Position numbers and translations under genes: made by a program. A stretch of 48,984 nt of DNA, counting the filler, from Sphacelaria rigidula (Eukaryota), in assembly GCA_964200075.2 (NCBI GenBank). It is 3 parts of 3 records of this genome, joined end to end, with 100 filler letters (N's around TTAATTAATTAA, not from the genome) between each part and the next. Parts side by side here need not be neighbours in the genome. Positions count along the whole stretch, not along the records: positions 1 to 16,262 come from CAXNAA020001420.1; 2 more parts are not named here. One strand, written 5' to 3'. Below are positions 1 through 13,162 of this stretch, in pieces; position 1 is the stretch's first letter; each line of letters opens with the position of its first letter. The notes beneath the pieces were generated by a model, which was given only the letters and a program-made list of their open reading frames with translations, had not been told where the DNA came from and searched no databases.

Positions 1-1059
1 CCCCGGCCACTGGAAACCCCCGACTGTCTCCGTTCTGTCAACCTGTGACACTATTTCGAGGCGACGCCCGCTGTTCAAGGGTTAAGTCATGAAAGAAAAA
101 AAAGTCATTGTCCCGTTTGATATTTTTCAGCATGCCCTATTCGTTCTCCGTCCCAAATTTGGAAGTCCAACTCTCGAATTTGAGGTGAGGCGACGCGACG
201 CGATTTAGAAACCGGGCCGGGCGAAATTCGGAATAACAATTTCCAGACCATTTATCGGCCAAGGTTTGGCACTTGTGTTTTGAATCTTTGTGTGGGACCT
301 CGCTAGGCCATGACGAACCAACAAAGGAGGGAATTGTTTATTTTTATTACTTTTCTCACTTCGGACGTTTCAAGTATCGTAAAGACCATATTTTCACGAG
401 AGCGTTCATATCTCTTGAAAAAAAATAAAGGCCCTCTTTTTTTTTTCTTTGACATGCCCTTGCGATTCTCCTTGATATGTTTAAAACCTCAATTTTAAAA
501 ACTGAGCGAAAAACTGAGATGAAGTCCGAAAGCATTGTCGCTTTTTCCTTTACCCTTGGACAGCGAGTCCATCTGGATCATGCATTATTTTTTGAAGTGG
601 ACTGCCCATTCAACAGACGACCTACTCTGGACGTCTGAGGATTGAAACTCCCCTAAATAAACGAAAAAACATGGAGAAACAAATTAAAAAAAGCGAAAAA
701 ATGTCGATTCTTCATACGAAATTTTAGAGAACAACTCCCAAAAACTGAGGCGCACTATCCAGATTTAGTGCATTTCGTGCCTCTGCTCGAAATTTATCAT
801 TTTTAGTATCGAAACTTATGTGCGCCATATCTCGAGATAGAGTTAGGCGGAAGTGAGGGTACAGATCGTTTCCCCGTGCTCCAGGGAATGTCCACGCCAA
901 AAATCGTCATCATCCACTGTGTACATCGTTCGGGATTTCAAATGAACTTCAGTATGGACGCTATCCCCGTACGTTATAGGATTTACTAGACATGGTATTA
1001 GTCCAGCTGTTGCACCGTGGAGAGTGCATCGCATCCGGTATTCACCGGGGTATCCCATA

Positions 1060-1245
1060 CCGTGGTATACGTGGGTATCGTGGGTATGAGTTTCGAAAAT
1101 ACCTGATTGAGCGGGTACGGCAGGTATCGAAGTCTCGAAACACTGGTATCGTAGGTATCGTAGGTACGACATGTGAATATACCCGATTGGGCGGGTATGG
1201 TAGGTCTTGTCTCGAAATACCGTGGTATCGTGGATATCGTAGGTG
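1060..1245. repeat. GGTATC-rich tandem repeat, ~80-nt unit, about 2.3 copies
   Basis: TGGTAT...TACC(C/T)GATTG.GCGGGTA.GG.AGGT...GTCTCGAAA recurs from ~1063, ~1144 and partly ~1223; related motifs reappear at ~1990-2045. Confidence 0.6.
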
Positions 1246-1374
1246 TCTTTCACGATCACAACACCCGACTATAACTAAAATACCAGAGAAGACGCAACAG
1301 ACAACTGCACAGCGGTCACGTGACGATTGTTCCAACCATTACTGTTCGGACAGCACTTTGATCCCACCCCGGTT

Positions 1375-1735
1375 TTGTGCAGATCAAAACACGGTATGCA
1401 GTGATACAAGTGTTCAGGCACTCTCCAGTGCACCTCGTACCGTGATTGTCGTAGAGTGTTCAGATGCACAACAGCACAGCGATAACTACAGCATGAAAAT
1501 GATTGGTTTGGGAAGCGCCTTGTTTGTTTGACTCGAGACAAAATAGCCAACACACCATGAAGGTTTCAACAGTGTGTAGAGAGCACTGCGTGCCGACAGG
1601 ATTATTTTTGAAAGAGACAAACGCAATGACAACAAAGCAACTCAGGCAGTCCCAGCGGAGATGAAATCATCCCCACAAAGACCTGAAGATCCCACAGCGC
1701 AGCGACAGCTACAGCACACGAGACAGAGCATGGGT
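1375..1735 (+). repeat. Dispersed repeat built from ~220-240-nt subunits, copy A
   Basis: AACTACAGCAT..AATGAT.GGT.TGGG..AAGCGCCTTGTT..AGCCAA.ACACCATGAAG.TTTCAACAGT..GTAGA.AGCACTG.GTGCCGAC is shared with 15180-15557. Confidence 0.7.
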
Positions 1736-3504
1736 GTGTTTATGCTGTAGCACAATGATACAGGACATGTCCCAGTCGATAGTTCTTCCCCTGATTCCGG
1801 GTGGGTCCTCGATTTTTGCCGAGTGGCGGTTTTCAAACCCTCGGCCATAATCGCGTTTCGCGCGAAAATATTTCAAATTGCTCTAGGTTACCCCTACCTG
1901 TGGGAGGTTAGCCGTACAATTCGTGCAAGATTGACATATATGTATGGGGATACCACCCCCGTGATGACTATCGTGTGGGCGAAGCGCGATTACTGGGTAT
2001 CTCGAAAACCATGTTCGTATCGTGTACCATACTGCGCGTATAGTCGAGTTCCGTGCTTGATCGAGTGATCGATTAATCGATTTATTGTCGAAAATTGAGT
2101 TGAGGATGAATTTTTGCTGTACACCTCTTGTGACGATCTCCAATCGGGCTCTTGCAACGGTGGGAATAACCTCATGTTTGTGCGTAGCAGTGTAACAGCA
2201 TACAGACAACGAGGACATCTAGAGTGCATGCGACGAGAGCACTGTACGTGGACGTACGTGACGTGCCCCATGGTTCAGTTTGGAGTACGAAGCCCGGAAG
2301 CGTATACATGAGTGACGATACTTGATTCGGAAGGACCTCTTGAACCCTGCACTCGACTCCACTTGACTTTACCCCACGCTGTAGTCTAGATCTATATGGC
2401 GGAAGCAAGCGATGTATTGGTACTACGATGAAGTCATGTGATGGGCCAATCTCCCGCCCGGCAAGCCCTATCCATTGCCTCCCCCCAGGGGGTTGCGTTC
2501 CTCCATATTGTTCTCCCATGGTCCCTTTGATGGCCCCGTAAAATATATTGTGCAAGTTGGGGAGAAGTACCCCTCAGAGACTGCGACAGGACTGAAAAAA
2601 TCGGGAAAGATGCACTCCTCCTAGTTTTGCATTGAGGGGATATCGTTATATTTTTGCGTTATGCCGCTGGTCATATTCCACGTCCTCGCGGTCCACAAGT
2701 CACCACATATCCCGATGGTTGGAGGCACCTACCTTGCATCACATACCGGTATGCTCACTGAAGTCCTTTGCCAAGTCTAGGGACGTGGTGTGGACTGTGA
2801 CCGTTGTGCTATTGAAACCGTGATGATGGGCGTGGCGTGTCCACATCACCCGTGGCAACGAGTCTCGCGTCAAAATACCACTTCAAACTAATACTGCCAC
2901 AAGGTACCCGGATCCTTCACCAGATGTTTCCCCCGGGGTTATATCCGACTTATTGATTTGAAATTTGACACAGATGACCGTACGTTTTTCGAGTAAGATA
3001 TATTGAAGACGTACCTTTTGGAGGCGAACGCGTTTTTTTGTCCTCAAATACTCGAAGATCCTGCGTAGTGTGTTGTTGGCTCGCACTCGAATCATGTCCG
3101 CTAGTTCTATCGATCATGTCCAAACTGTATTGACCCGCTGTGCCGCTGCTTCCTCGACCCTTTGAGATGAACCTTGGCGCGTCAGCTCCGTGCTCTGAAA
3201 GTTGATGCGCGTGGTGGTTGTTGCAGTGGTGTTTGGCACACGCTCAACACGCTGGACAAATTGATACGAAGATAGAATCAGTGAGGAAAGCTTTAGTTAA
3301 GAAAATGGCAACGCTCGGGCATTTTCCTTCCAACTGGCAACTTCCAATATTTAATCTCCGGCAGTTTGGGCTTCACATAGTTCACCGTCCGCCCCACTCG
3401 GTGGAAGAGGTGAAACCAGCGTTGGCTCTTGTACAAGGAATCGAGTGTGCTCTGTACTCTCTACTGCTTGTTGGTATGTGCCCCAAAACAGCGTCGCAGC
3501 ACGG

Positions 3505-6500
3505 ATGAGAGATGACGAATGCACTGAATACACACGATACACCATAAGATTACAAAAAAAAACGCCTTCTGATGAACACACCACCACATTCCGCAGCGCG
3601 TATTCTTCAATCGAGAATGGCGCCGGGAGCAATGATGGAGCAAGCGCCACCGCCAGCGATTCCTTGAGTGGAAGTAGCTCTAGCAAAAGGATGCTCGAAC
3701 CAGGAGAGGTTGCTGGGGATTACTCTAGAGACTGGAAAGGTGAGCGCCGTCACAACCATGCAGTAGTTGACGCGGTTGATTTGCGTCCGTTGGCGTTCTG
3801 CAACCCATGTCGCGACGAGATCGTGTACAAATGATCCACATGAATGACTGAGTTAGACTTTGAGGTACCGTAGGAGTGACGGTCCAAGCAACGTTGCCAT
3901 TGGCTAGTTAGGGTGACTGCTTCATTTTGATTTATATATTGTATCATGTACGGACTCCATGGGCTTAACGGTGCTTCCTCTCCAGATAGTGTTGGGTGAT
4001 GTCCTTGTTGCATGTCATCTCGGAGATGGTTGGATGCAACGTCTCTTTGGCGCAGCGTATCCGCCGGTGTGGTCAACCTATATAAACAAACATGCGCTCA
4101 TCAATAATGGCATATTACTGCCTTATTTCCGTCACCGTATTTTCCCGTATTTTTGTTCCTTTTTCGCCGCCCGCTGTCTCCTTGTTTTCTCTTCCTTGTT
4201 TTACTGTTGCTGTTGAAACAGACACGTTCGACATGACGCTGCTCATCACTCAGATTGTTTGGCTGGTTGTGAACCTCTGCGTGACGCACTGGACAAAGCC
4301 CGAGCTCTTTACAAACACCGAGTTTTGGTTTTTGCAGGTGCTGTCCGCTGGTTATTCTTACACGTCAAAGATTGCACATGTCGTCAGTCCCCATGAGGTC
4401 TGACTATCGGTGTTGCGCATATATATCCGAGTAAGCTCGCAAACATGAACTTTTGACGACGTGTTGAGTGATGGATTAAGTATACTGGGCATTTTGCCGG
4501 CGTTTTCGCATGTTTTTGGTCGGAATTTTTTGTGGGTGGGTCAACGTAGTTTCTTGAAGTATTTCTCCCTGTGTAGGTTAAAATTGTGGAGGTCATCTGT
4601 CACTGATAAAAAGAACTGCCAGTCACCAAACACGTGTCAAAAGTGATGATTGCATGGGGTGCTGCATAATGTAGGGAATCGACCGACGGTGTGCGGGCGG
4701 CTGTGCTGGGCATGTTGTCAAATGCTTAGATTATTCAGGATTAGAATAAGTAGATTGTCCTTCAGGAGTCTGAATACGAGAGATTTTTCACGCCGGAATA
4801 CTTTCTACGAAAGTGACGATGCAAGCGAGATATTATTGCTTGAATACATGTTGAATGGGTGACAAAATAAATACATGTTGTGCGGTATGCGCCTTTTCAA
4901 AGGCACGAAACAAGGTGACGCATGCTCGATCGCCGGTCGAAGACGATCGTATTGCCAAATTCGTACCTTGCTTGTCACAGCTGGTCGTAGCCCAAAACTT
5001 CAAGCCTGTGTCCCTCGCCTGTGGTTGTGCTTGCGCTCGTCAATTGGTCAGATCCCGAAGATAAGCTGCATGATTGTTGTTTCTGTTCTGGCCGGTTTGC
5101 TGTGCCGCCACTTCTGCCCTGCTGACGAGAGTGGGTACATCATAACATCCAAGAATTCCTGGTTCAAGGTAAGCCAATGGCTAGTTAGTATGGGGATCAC
5201 ATCCTGGAAGAAATGACCAAGTGCAAGGATTCCAGAAAAAGCGGTGTTGTTTTTTGCAAATTTTTTGGTAGAGGGTAGATGAGTTGGGGTACGCTACTCA
5301 ATGACCAGGCGGAAGGGTGTGTAAAAAAATGCGCAAATATATGACATAATGAACGTTTTTTATTTGCTTCCGATATACTACGGTACAGATTCAGAGGAAC
5401 AATGCGCTATTCTATTACCCTGAGTACAGTGGAGATCTGGCTAGACTTTTGTCGTTGAAAGCACACCGACAGAAATCTGACAGCCCTCCCTCGGGATGAG
5501 TTGAATCGATTCGAAAAAAGCCGAGCAACCTTGACATGTCGCCTAGGACCGTGTTTCCGCAGACTCAGCGATCGTAAACACGTTTTTAAAGGTACAGGTA
5601 ATACACTTTTCGAAGAGAAGTTGTCGAAAGAGACTTGATCTGTATCATTACACAGACCGCACGGTATGCGTACGAAGGCATCAAGCAATGGTTCTTGTGC
5701 AGCTAAAATAAGCACTTACTTCAAATAAACAGCCGACCAACCAGCCCAGGTATTTTGTACAACCGACTGGTTGAGAGTTCATCCGTGAGTTCACCAGTAA
5801 AACATGCGCCGCCAAGCTTTTAGACGGACGTCGTGCTTCATGCTCGATGGTGACCCTTCGATGTTTGATTGTCCAATCACTCGCGTTCTCACGATAATTT
5901 TACAGGTGAACTACACCAGAAAGGTGCAGCACTTCGCGGCATACCTGGTGCCACTGCTCTTCTCTCCTTCTCCCGGCTGCGATTGCAACGGAACGCTCGA
6001 GGTTGGTTCGTGGGACGCCCTGCTCTGCTCTGCCTTACCCTCGTTGTCGGGGTCGTTACAGTACAGCGCGAGGGGTAGTTGATCTTAGATGAGATGCTCG
6101 CTAGTTGTGTTGAGCGATCCTGATTTTGCTCGGAATTCGCGTGAAAGTCAAGCGTATATAGAGTATAAATTATGGTGCCATCTGATTTCGAAACTGCTAT
6201 TGGTATTGGTATGAACGGCGATTGTTTAGATCGTCGCAAAGAGTAGTTGTTGTTCAGTGCGCGAGTGGCTCGTGTGCGGGTATAAATTTGAATGCAGTGT
6301 AAAAGAAAAAGAAGCAATGCTCCTGTCCTGCTTCTGCTGCACGGATAACAGCGGTCGCGGTGAAGGTGATCGATCTGCTTGGGGCAAGGTCAGAATGTTG
6401 AGGTTCCGCTCCGTCGTCCTGGTGCACGGGTTCATTACTGTGTCTCCCACAACCGTGTACCAACGGCAGGCTGCCGCGAGCTAGTTTTGGCTGTGGGACG

Positions 6501-9500
6501 TTCTTGACTCGCCTAGACTATCGCAAGCAAAGCACGTGTCTGGTCTTGGAACGTTAGGACTTGTCCGAAGCCGCTCTACGAGTACGTTATCCAGGACGCG
6601 CGTGTTCGTTTACTTCATCTATAACCCTCTGCGGAGGTGCCACGAGCTGATACGCGTGTATTTCTTGCCGTTTCCTTTGGCTTGTGCAGCTGAGCTGGGG
6701 CGTTTGGGCCACGATGATTGGATTCTTGGTGATGATTAAACCGGTCCGCGAGAATTTCTCCATCTTCATGCTTCAGTTCAACGGCTTGGATCGTCCCGAG
6801 GTACTGACCGCGCAGGAGTGCAGGCAAAATACTGAGGCGCTCGCACGAGCCCTTCATCAGCAGATACATCTACATCGGTGGGGCACGCCTTACCCATCAC
6901 TCGTTTGAAATGTCAGGGATAGTTCAGTGATGAGTACAATATCCCCACACGTATGGCCCCGGGGTTTACTCTCCGGACAAAGATATCGCTGGATGTCGTT
7001 CACCATCGGTGACCCGGAATCTATGGCTGAGCAGCACCTCTCTGTTCGCGTGTACCACTCCCAATGATGACGTACCATATACCGTGTAAGCCTTGGTCCC
7101 CATTACAGGATAAAGGGGGGTATGTACGAGGTCCCAAACACCTCGCTCGAGTAGTAGGCAGTATGGCGGTGTGTCTAATAACACAGCAGTTGTGTTCACG
7201 TGAGCCAGCTACAAAGGGACGACGTGGCGCATAAACCGCCAAAGCACCCAGGTGTGTCGTATGTAGTGAATGGGCAGCATATTCAATGCATGTGATGGCT
7301 CTCACTCATATTTGTCTATCCGCTCGCGCTGGAAGTGGCGGCCAAAGGTTATGCAGACTTACGACGTTACTGTCGAGTGTTGAATCTTTTGAAGTTGCGC
7401 AGAATCTGTGTGTGACTTCACATGGAGTTTTGCAGAATTTTGCAGGTCGGCATAATAGGTTGATCGCGTGTTTGCTAACCAGTCGGTACAGGCAAATATC
7501 TCTTGCGGTCCCGTGTACGTGTAACGATTGGACGACTGCTCACAGCAGATGCGTCAACCAGGTTTTGCTGCAGTTGTGCGAATTGTCGTTATCACGATCA
7601 CCAGATGAAAAAAAATGCCGAGTTATACAGCATTTGAAGCGGTTCCGGTCTCTAGTCGCTGGGTGTATGCTCCGTACGAATTCCGAATGGCCCCTATATA
7701 CGTTGTACACAGTACTACCCCTGGCTACACGTAACTGATGAGCGCTCTGTTTTTATCAATCGCTGGAATATCGTCCCCTCCCCCTCTCCACATCCCTTAT
7801 TTTGTCGTCGTTTTTTGTCTGACAGGACCGCCCACACACGCTAGAGTGGATCATCAAGTACAACATTTGGCCTGGCGAGATGCTGATCGTGTTCTTCGCT
7901 CACCTCTTCGGCAGCGGGCAGCAGCGCGACCTCATCTACATAATCGTCTTCGTCACCGGAGTAGGAGATGGCCTCGCCGAACCCGTGAGTTTTGCTTTGT
8001 TTTATCAAGCAGCTATTCATACGAGGTCACCGAGGTCACCCCGCGACGTTTCAGTGTTTGATGTTCCCGTGGCTTAACTGTCTCAACCACTCGCTACTTT
8101 TTTCCCCATTTCCGTCACCGGACGGTCAGCACGACCGAGTAGGTTCTCCGGACACTGTACTATTGTTTCTCTTCTTCATACGTTTGACCCGCCTCCCCCG
8201 CCTCCTTCCCGTGGACGAGCCCGCACTGTGGTTTCCACAAGGGTTTTGGTATGTTTTTGTGCGATCATGCCTGCTGTTGTGGGAAGCAAGGGTGTTGCCG
8301 TTATCGTGGTGGTTGGTCACTTACTGTCTATCGGACGAGCAACTCCGTGGGAGTGCGCCTAGCCTAAGTTGCACAAAATATCTTCACGTGCCCCGGAAAG
8401 CATGCCGTCCGGTAGTTTTCCCCGAAGAGTTTCTTCCCTATGCGCGTCTGGTTGCGAGTCGCACGTAACCTTGAAGCCCCCTCCCCCCGTCAATGGTCTG
8501 ATGACTATGGCATGCACGATCATGAGTACACCCCCCCTCCCCCCGCGCCCCCCGTTTACATGGTGAAGTACAGTATACTTTGCTGCTGCTGAGTCGGGCA
8601 CCCATTGCAACTTGTGCACAGAGTAGGTAATTCGATGTGAACACGAAACTATTTCGATGGAGACGTGGTTACCAGGGGAAATGATTTCTTCGGCGCTGTG
8701 ACGCAGGCGTTTTCGGCACGCAGTGCCCCAAGATATTTTAGCGGTCGGCGGCTTGCCGCCGGATCTAGTCTTGGGGGCCGCCGAATGCTTTGAGACCTGT
8801 AGCCGCTCACTCGGAGCGGATAGCAGTCTAGCACCGTCGCCGCAGATGTATATACAGAGTACATGGACATATCGCCACGTCATGGCGGGTCTGACCGTGA
8901 ACGGTATCCGGATTTCGTGTAGACTCCAGTACCGTTGTGGAAATTGATACTTGTGAGTTTTGCACTCACAACTAAAGGAGCACCATTGACGGTTTGCCTT
9001 GTCCGTGTGGGCATCGAGTAAGAGGTTAGACATCCCTACTATCAAACCCACATTCTTCGAGGTTCGTCAACGCATCAGAAGTGAAGACGGAGCGACGACA
9101 ACTTGCGATTACGCTCCACTCCCTCCGAGGGTCCTTGCGGGAGGGTCATTTCCACTTTCCGCGGCCGCCGGAAGGTTTCTGGCCGAACCGGCGCTGATCC
9201 AGCCGGAGGCCAATATGTTTCTCATGTTACGTGCCCATATTCCGAAGTACACTATAAGCTACGTGTGTTATCAACTGTCGTCGTCGTCGTCGTGTTCCTA
9301 CAAGCCTGCGCAGTCAAATGTGCCACAACGTGTTCTTTTATGACTGAGCATTTCTCGTTGTCACTAGACTGTCTCGGCTTGTCATGTGCGGGCTGGAGCC
9401 AAGTGGAGGCTTCGGATCTACTTCCTTCCAGCGTCGTGCAAGATAGTGGGTTTCTCAAGCCCTTGCAACATGGTACACACTACAGTACTCTTTTCTCTTG

Positions 9501-12500
9501 TGTGAAAATGGATGTCATTGATGAGGTTTGACGTGAGCTACAGGAGCGCGAACAGTTGTCCATACCCCAGATTGCTGCGGGAAACCAGGGAAATCAGGCA
9601 GGAAATATAGACAAGGGGATAGCCACACTACAGGCACAAAATGGTAGAATGGTCAGTAATTCGAAGGGGAAGAGAGAAGTGGTAGTAGAGCACTACTGTA
9701 AACTAGGAATTCGAAGAAGAAATCAACGCGTGGGCAAAGGCCAATGCAGGGACGTCGAAACGGGAGGATAGAGGCTCGAAAGAATTGCGGGGCGGGGTGA
9801 CCAGAGATGAAGTAAAGGAGTGTGTAGCTAAACGAAAGGCAGCCGAGACAGACGAAATAGTGAATGAATTTCTGAAGTGCGGGGAAAAGGGAATGATTAC
9901 CATGATGATTACGCTGTATACCTGGATCTGGGAAAACGAGTACACATCCAAGAGGTGGAGGGAAGGAGTAGTGGTAAACCTTCTCAAGAGAGGAGGCAAG
10001 GCTGACCCAGGGAATTATAGAGGAATAACGATGCTGAGCACGGTATGGAAAATATCAAGATTCTTAACGATAGAGTATGAATGGTGCTAGAAAAGGAAGA
10101 AAACATCAATGAGGAGCAAGCGGGTTTTAGATCAAACCGTAGCTGCGTAGACCATATTCACATACTAGGGAAGATTATTCAAGGTAGGAAAGGCGCCGGG
10201 TTGAGAACGCACTGTTTCTTTCTGGATGTGCAAAAGGCTCATGGCAGTATGGAGAAATGGGTCGTGGAAAAAGTTGTGGGAAACTGGGACCAAAGGAAAG
10301 ATGTGGAGAATGGTGAAGAAGATGACAGAATGTGCCAAAAATGCCATGATGCTGCACGGGGAAATATCGAAATATGATGTTTCACAAGAAGCTGTACAAG
10401 GATGACGTTATCACCCACTTTATTCAAGATTATCAACCACTTTATCCAAGGTATTTATTGATGATATGCTAATACCAAAAGAAGCAGCAAACGAAGGAGT
10501 CAAGATGGGTAAAGATATAGTATCAGGATTGATGTTCGCGGTTGATTTTGTGGGGGTATCAGAAATAACAGCGAAGGCGCTAGAATACACTAGGAAATGG
10601 AGAGTGACAGCGAACGTTAACAAATGTGCGGTACTCATTTGTAACGAAGATGAGGAAATCAGGTAGAGTTCAAATGAAAGTGGCGAGAAAAGGAACTGCC
10701 GATCGTAGACCAGTATACATACGTTAGCACAGAGATCTCAAAAACTGTTCTCGGGATGCACACATGGATGAAGTAATAGAATAGGGTAAGGCATAGGTAG
10801 GCAGGATGGACGTGATCCTCAGAGACTCGCACCGAGATACTAGGATTAAGATATGTATCATGATGAACGTGATTGTACCAAAGCTGGAATTTGCATGAGA
10901 AATATGGGAGGGGAACGCTAAGTTGACGAAGAAGTTGGAAACAGTACAGATGGCGGCAGCTAAAAAAATACTTGGGTGCTCGAAAACGACGAGTAGTACA
11001 GTTTTGAAAGCAGAGTTGGGAATGTACTCACTTGAAACAAACAGAGACATGAGAAAATCGAGATGGCAATATAGCGTAAAGAACATGCAGAGAACGAGAT
11101 TGCCAGCCATAGTTGATGAGGCTGTATGGGAGAAAAGTACGAAAGGGCGGACTGGAATAAGGTGGGATAAAGGAGTCGAGCAAGTATCGAAGGAGATGGG
11201 AGGAAACCAAGACGAAATACTGTCCATGGGTGAAGGAGCGGGGTATAAGACAGAAGTAAGAGATGTGATAGAAATAAGGGAAAAAGAAGCGCTTAGGCGC
11301 AAAGTAGACGAGGAAGAACTCCTGAGGATATCCAGGGTGTTGAAAGAGGGGATAGGGATGAGAACATATCTGCATGGCCAAACGGACGCGGTGAAGAAAG
11401 CGAAACTGCGATTTCGGGTGCGGCACCTGGACCTGCCACAAAAACGAAGGAGATATACCAGTAATCGAGAGAAGGAAGTAGAGGTGCACAGAATTGCCCC
11501 TGTGGCAAAGCAATAGAGTGCAAAACTCAACTAGTATCAGAATGTAAACTACACAAGGAGGAACGGGACGTGCTAGAGGGGGAGATGCGGGACGTGAACG
11601 AAGGTGACATGAAATCGTCTGATGCATTAGGCAGTAGGGAGAAAACTATGGCTGAACTAGGAGATAGATGGTGACCACAGACGGGGACGCAGGACGGGGA
11701 TAAGATATGTAGAAGATTTTTGTGCAATGTATGGAAGAAGCGTAACGAGCACCTATATGTTGGACGTGTCTTTATTTGGAGTAGGAACGGTGCTCCGTCT
11801 CGAAAAGGATACGTGATCAATGGTCAGACGACTAGGACAAACAACAAATGAGTACGCCCCCCCCATCGCTGCCCTCATCGTACTCGGCGATTCCCGAGCA
11901 GGTCGGCATTTTCCTTGGCAAGCACAAGTACATGGCCCGCAGCTGCGAATCCAACACGTACTACCAGAGGTCCTTCGAGGGGTCGTGCTGCGTGTTCGTC
12001 GTCACCGTTGCCACCGTCATCATGGTCTACACGGTGAGCAAATCAAGACTGCCGAATGTGCCATTAGATATTCTCCTCGACACGAAGGATCACGAAGGAT
12101 GCTGAATACCTGACTGCCACTGGCGGATCAATTATGTCATTCAAGTTTTTGTGTTGGATGTGGGGAAAGCACGGAAAAAAAAACTGATCCAGTCAACAAG
12201 CGCTGATAAAATTATCGGCTCCACTATTCGGTACTAATGTCAAATGGGAATGTTCAGTGATGGCGCATGTTGTGTTCCGGCTATCTGTATTCGATGTTGC
12301 GGTTTCACCGTGATGAGCTCATATTGCCTTACCGCGCGTCTGAGCGACGGCACTACTGTTGATCATGATGTACTCCGTAGACAGATACGCAACATACTTC
12401 CCTCACGACAGTCAGAAACGACCTCCTCCACGCGATAGGGCACTCCGGTATTGTAGAACTCTCTCTGGAGAAGCGGTGTTCTGCTGTGCTCTGCGCTGTA

Positions 12501-12726
12501 TCTCAGACTTGAAGTCGCTAAAGCTACCGCCTCCTTGCGCCATGTACGGTCGTGTTGCTTGTTGATGCGGCAGTCATTCGCATCGTTCTGGCAGTTCCTT
12601 GCTGCGCTCATGACGCTTCCCACGGCGCTGACTCTTGCCGAGGCGTTTTCTCCTCACACCATGGACACGCCTTTCATCATGGGCGTCGGCGGGGTCATGA
12701 TCTACGCCATTATCAACCTGCTCTGA
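3505..12726 (+). CDS. 8-exon integral membrane protein (~372 aa), CTP-dependent dolichol/phytol kinase-like (cytidylyltransferase CTP_transf_1 superfamily)
   Basis: Exons 3505-3739, 4222-4337, 5052-5168, 5906-6001, 6690-6800, 7826-7984, 11902-12033, 12574-12726. All introns GT-AG with consistent phases; 1119 nt open from ATG to TGA. Family motifs in order: NYTRKVQHF (RKxxH), GVGDGLAEP|VGIFLGKH (GDxxAxxxG), RSFEGS (K/RSxEGS), AEAFSPHTMDTP; many hydrophobic segments. An acceptor-like AAAACAG ending at 3491 means an upstream exon is possible. Confidence 0.88.
8489..8545 (+). repeat. Fragment of the short interspersed repeat ending GATCATGAGTACACCCCCCCTCCCC
   Basis: Matches the reverse complement of 32381-32435 and the 3' part of 30360-30480. 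Confidence 0.65.
9590..11855 (+). mobile_element. 5'-truncated, decayed non-LTR retrotransposon (LINE; RT plus C-terminal zinc knuckle, RTE/RTEX-like) in intron 6 of the kinase gene
   Basis: Frameshifted RT motifs KGGKADPGNYRGITMLST, INEEQAGFRSNRSCVDHI, CFFLDVQKA, GLMFAVDFVG (degenerate FADD), LETVQMAAAKKILG..LKAELG; C-terminal CPCGKAIECKTQLVSEC; frame ends in TGA near 11850. Confidence 0.9.
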
Positions 12727-13075
12727 TGACCTCTCCGCTCAGTTGGACAGTGATGAGTGGGGGTGAGCGCGTCTGCTCGCTTTCGGAACAAGAAGGGCGT
12801 GTGGTACGATGGATTGCACCGAGACAGGCAGCGCGCGCGAGAGGGGGAGAAAGGGTGATCACGATGGATTGATGAATTATTGATTTTAACGAAGCATGCG
12901 TAGTTTGCTTGTTTTGGCTTACCGCTCACGTATTGCTGAGGTATTGTAGGCTACGTGTCGAGTGATCGAATGCATATAATTTTAGCTTCTAGACTGTACA
13001 GCGTTTTGTTTGCGATACGCTGGAAGATGGAGGTTGCACGTCAAATGATCCTATTACAGATAGGAAAATCGTACA

Positions 13076-13162
13076 TATAAGCAGGGATGGTCTAATTTAG
13101 GAGATGGGTAAAGTACGTTATTATAAGCGGGGATGGTCTAATTTAGGAGATGAGTAAAATAC
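13076..13162. repeat. 46-nt tandem duplication downstream of the kinase stop codon
   Basis: TATAAGC(A/G)GGGATGGTCTAATTTAGGAGATG(G/A)GTAAA(G/A)TAC starts at 13076 and 13122. Confidence 0.85.

Noticed and set aside
992..1531. 179-aa ORF
   Set aside because: Lies entirely within two repeats; no protein-like features.
10724..11627. 268-aa and 199-aa minus-strand ORFs
   Set aside because: Antisense shadows of the purine-rich LINE ORF.
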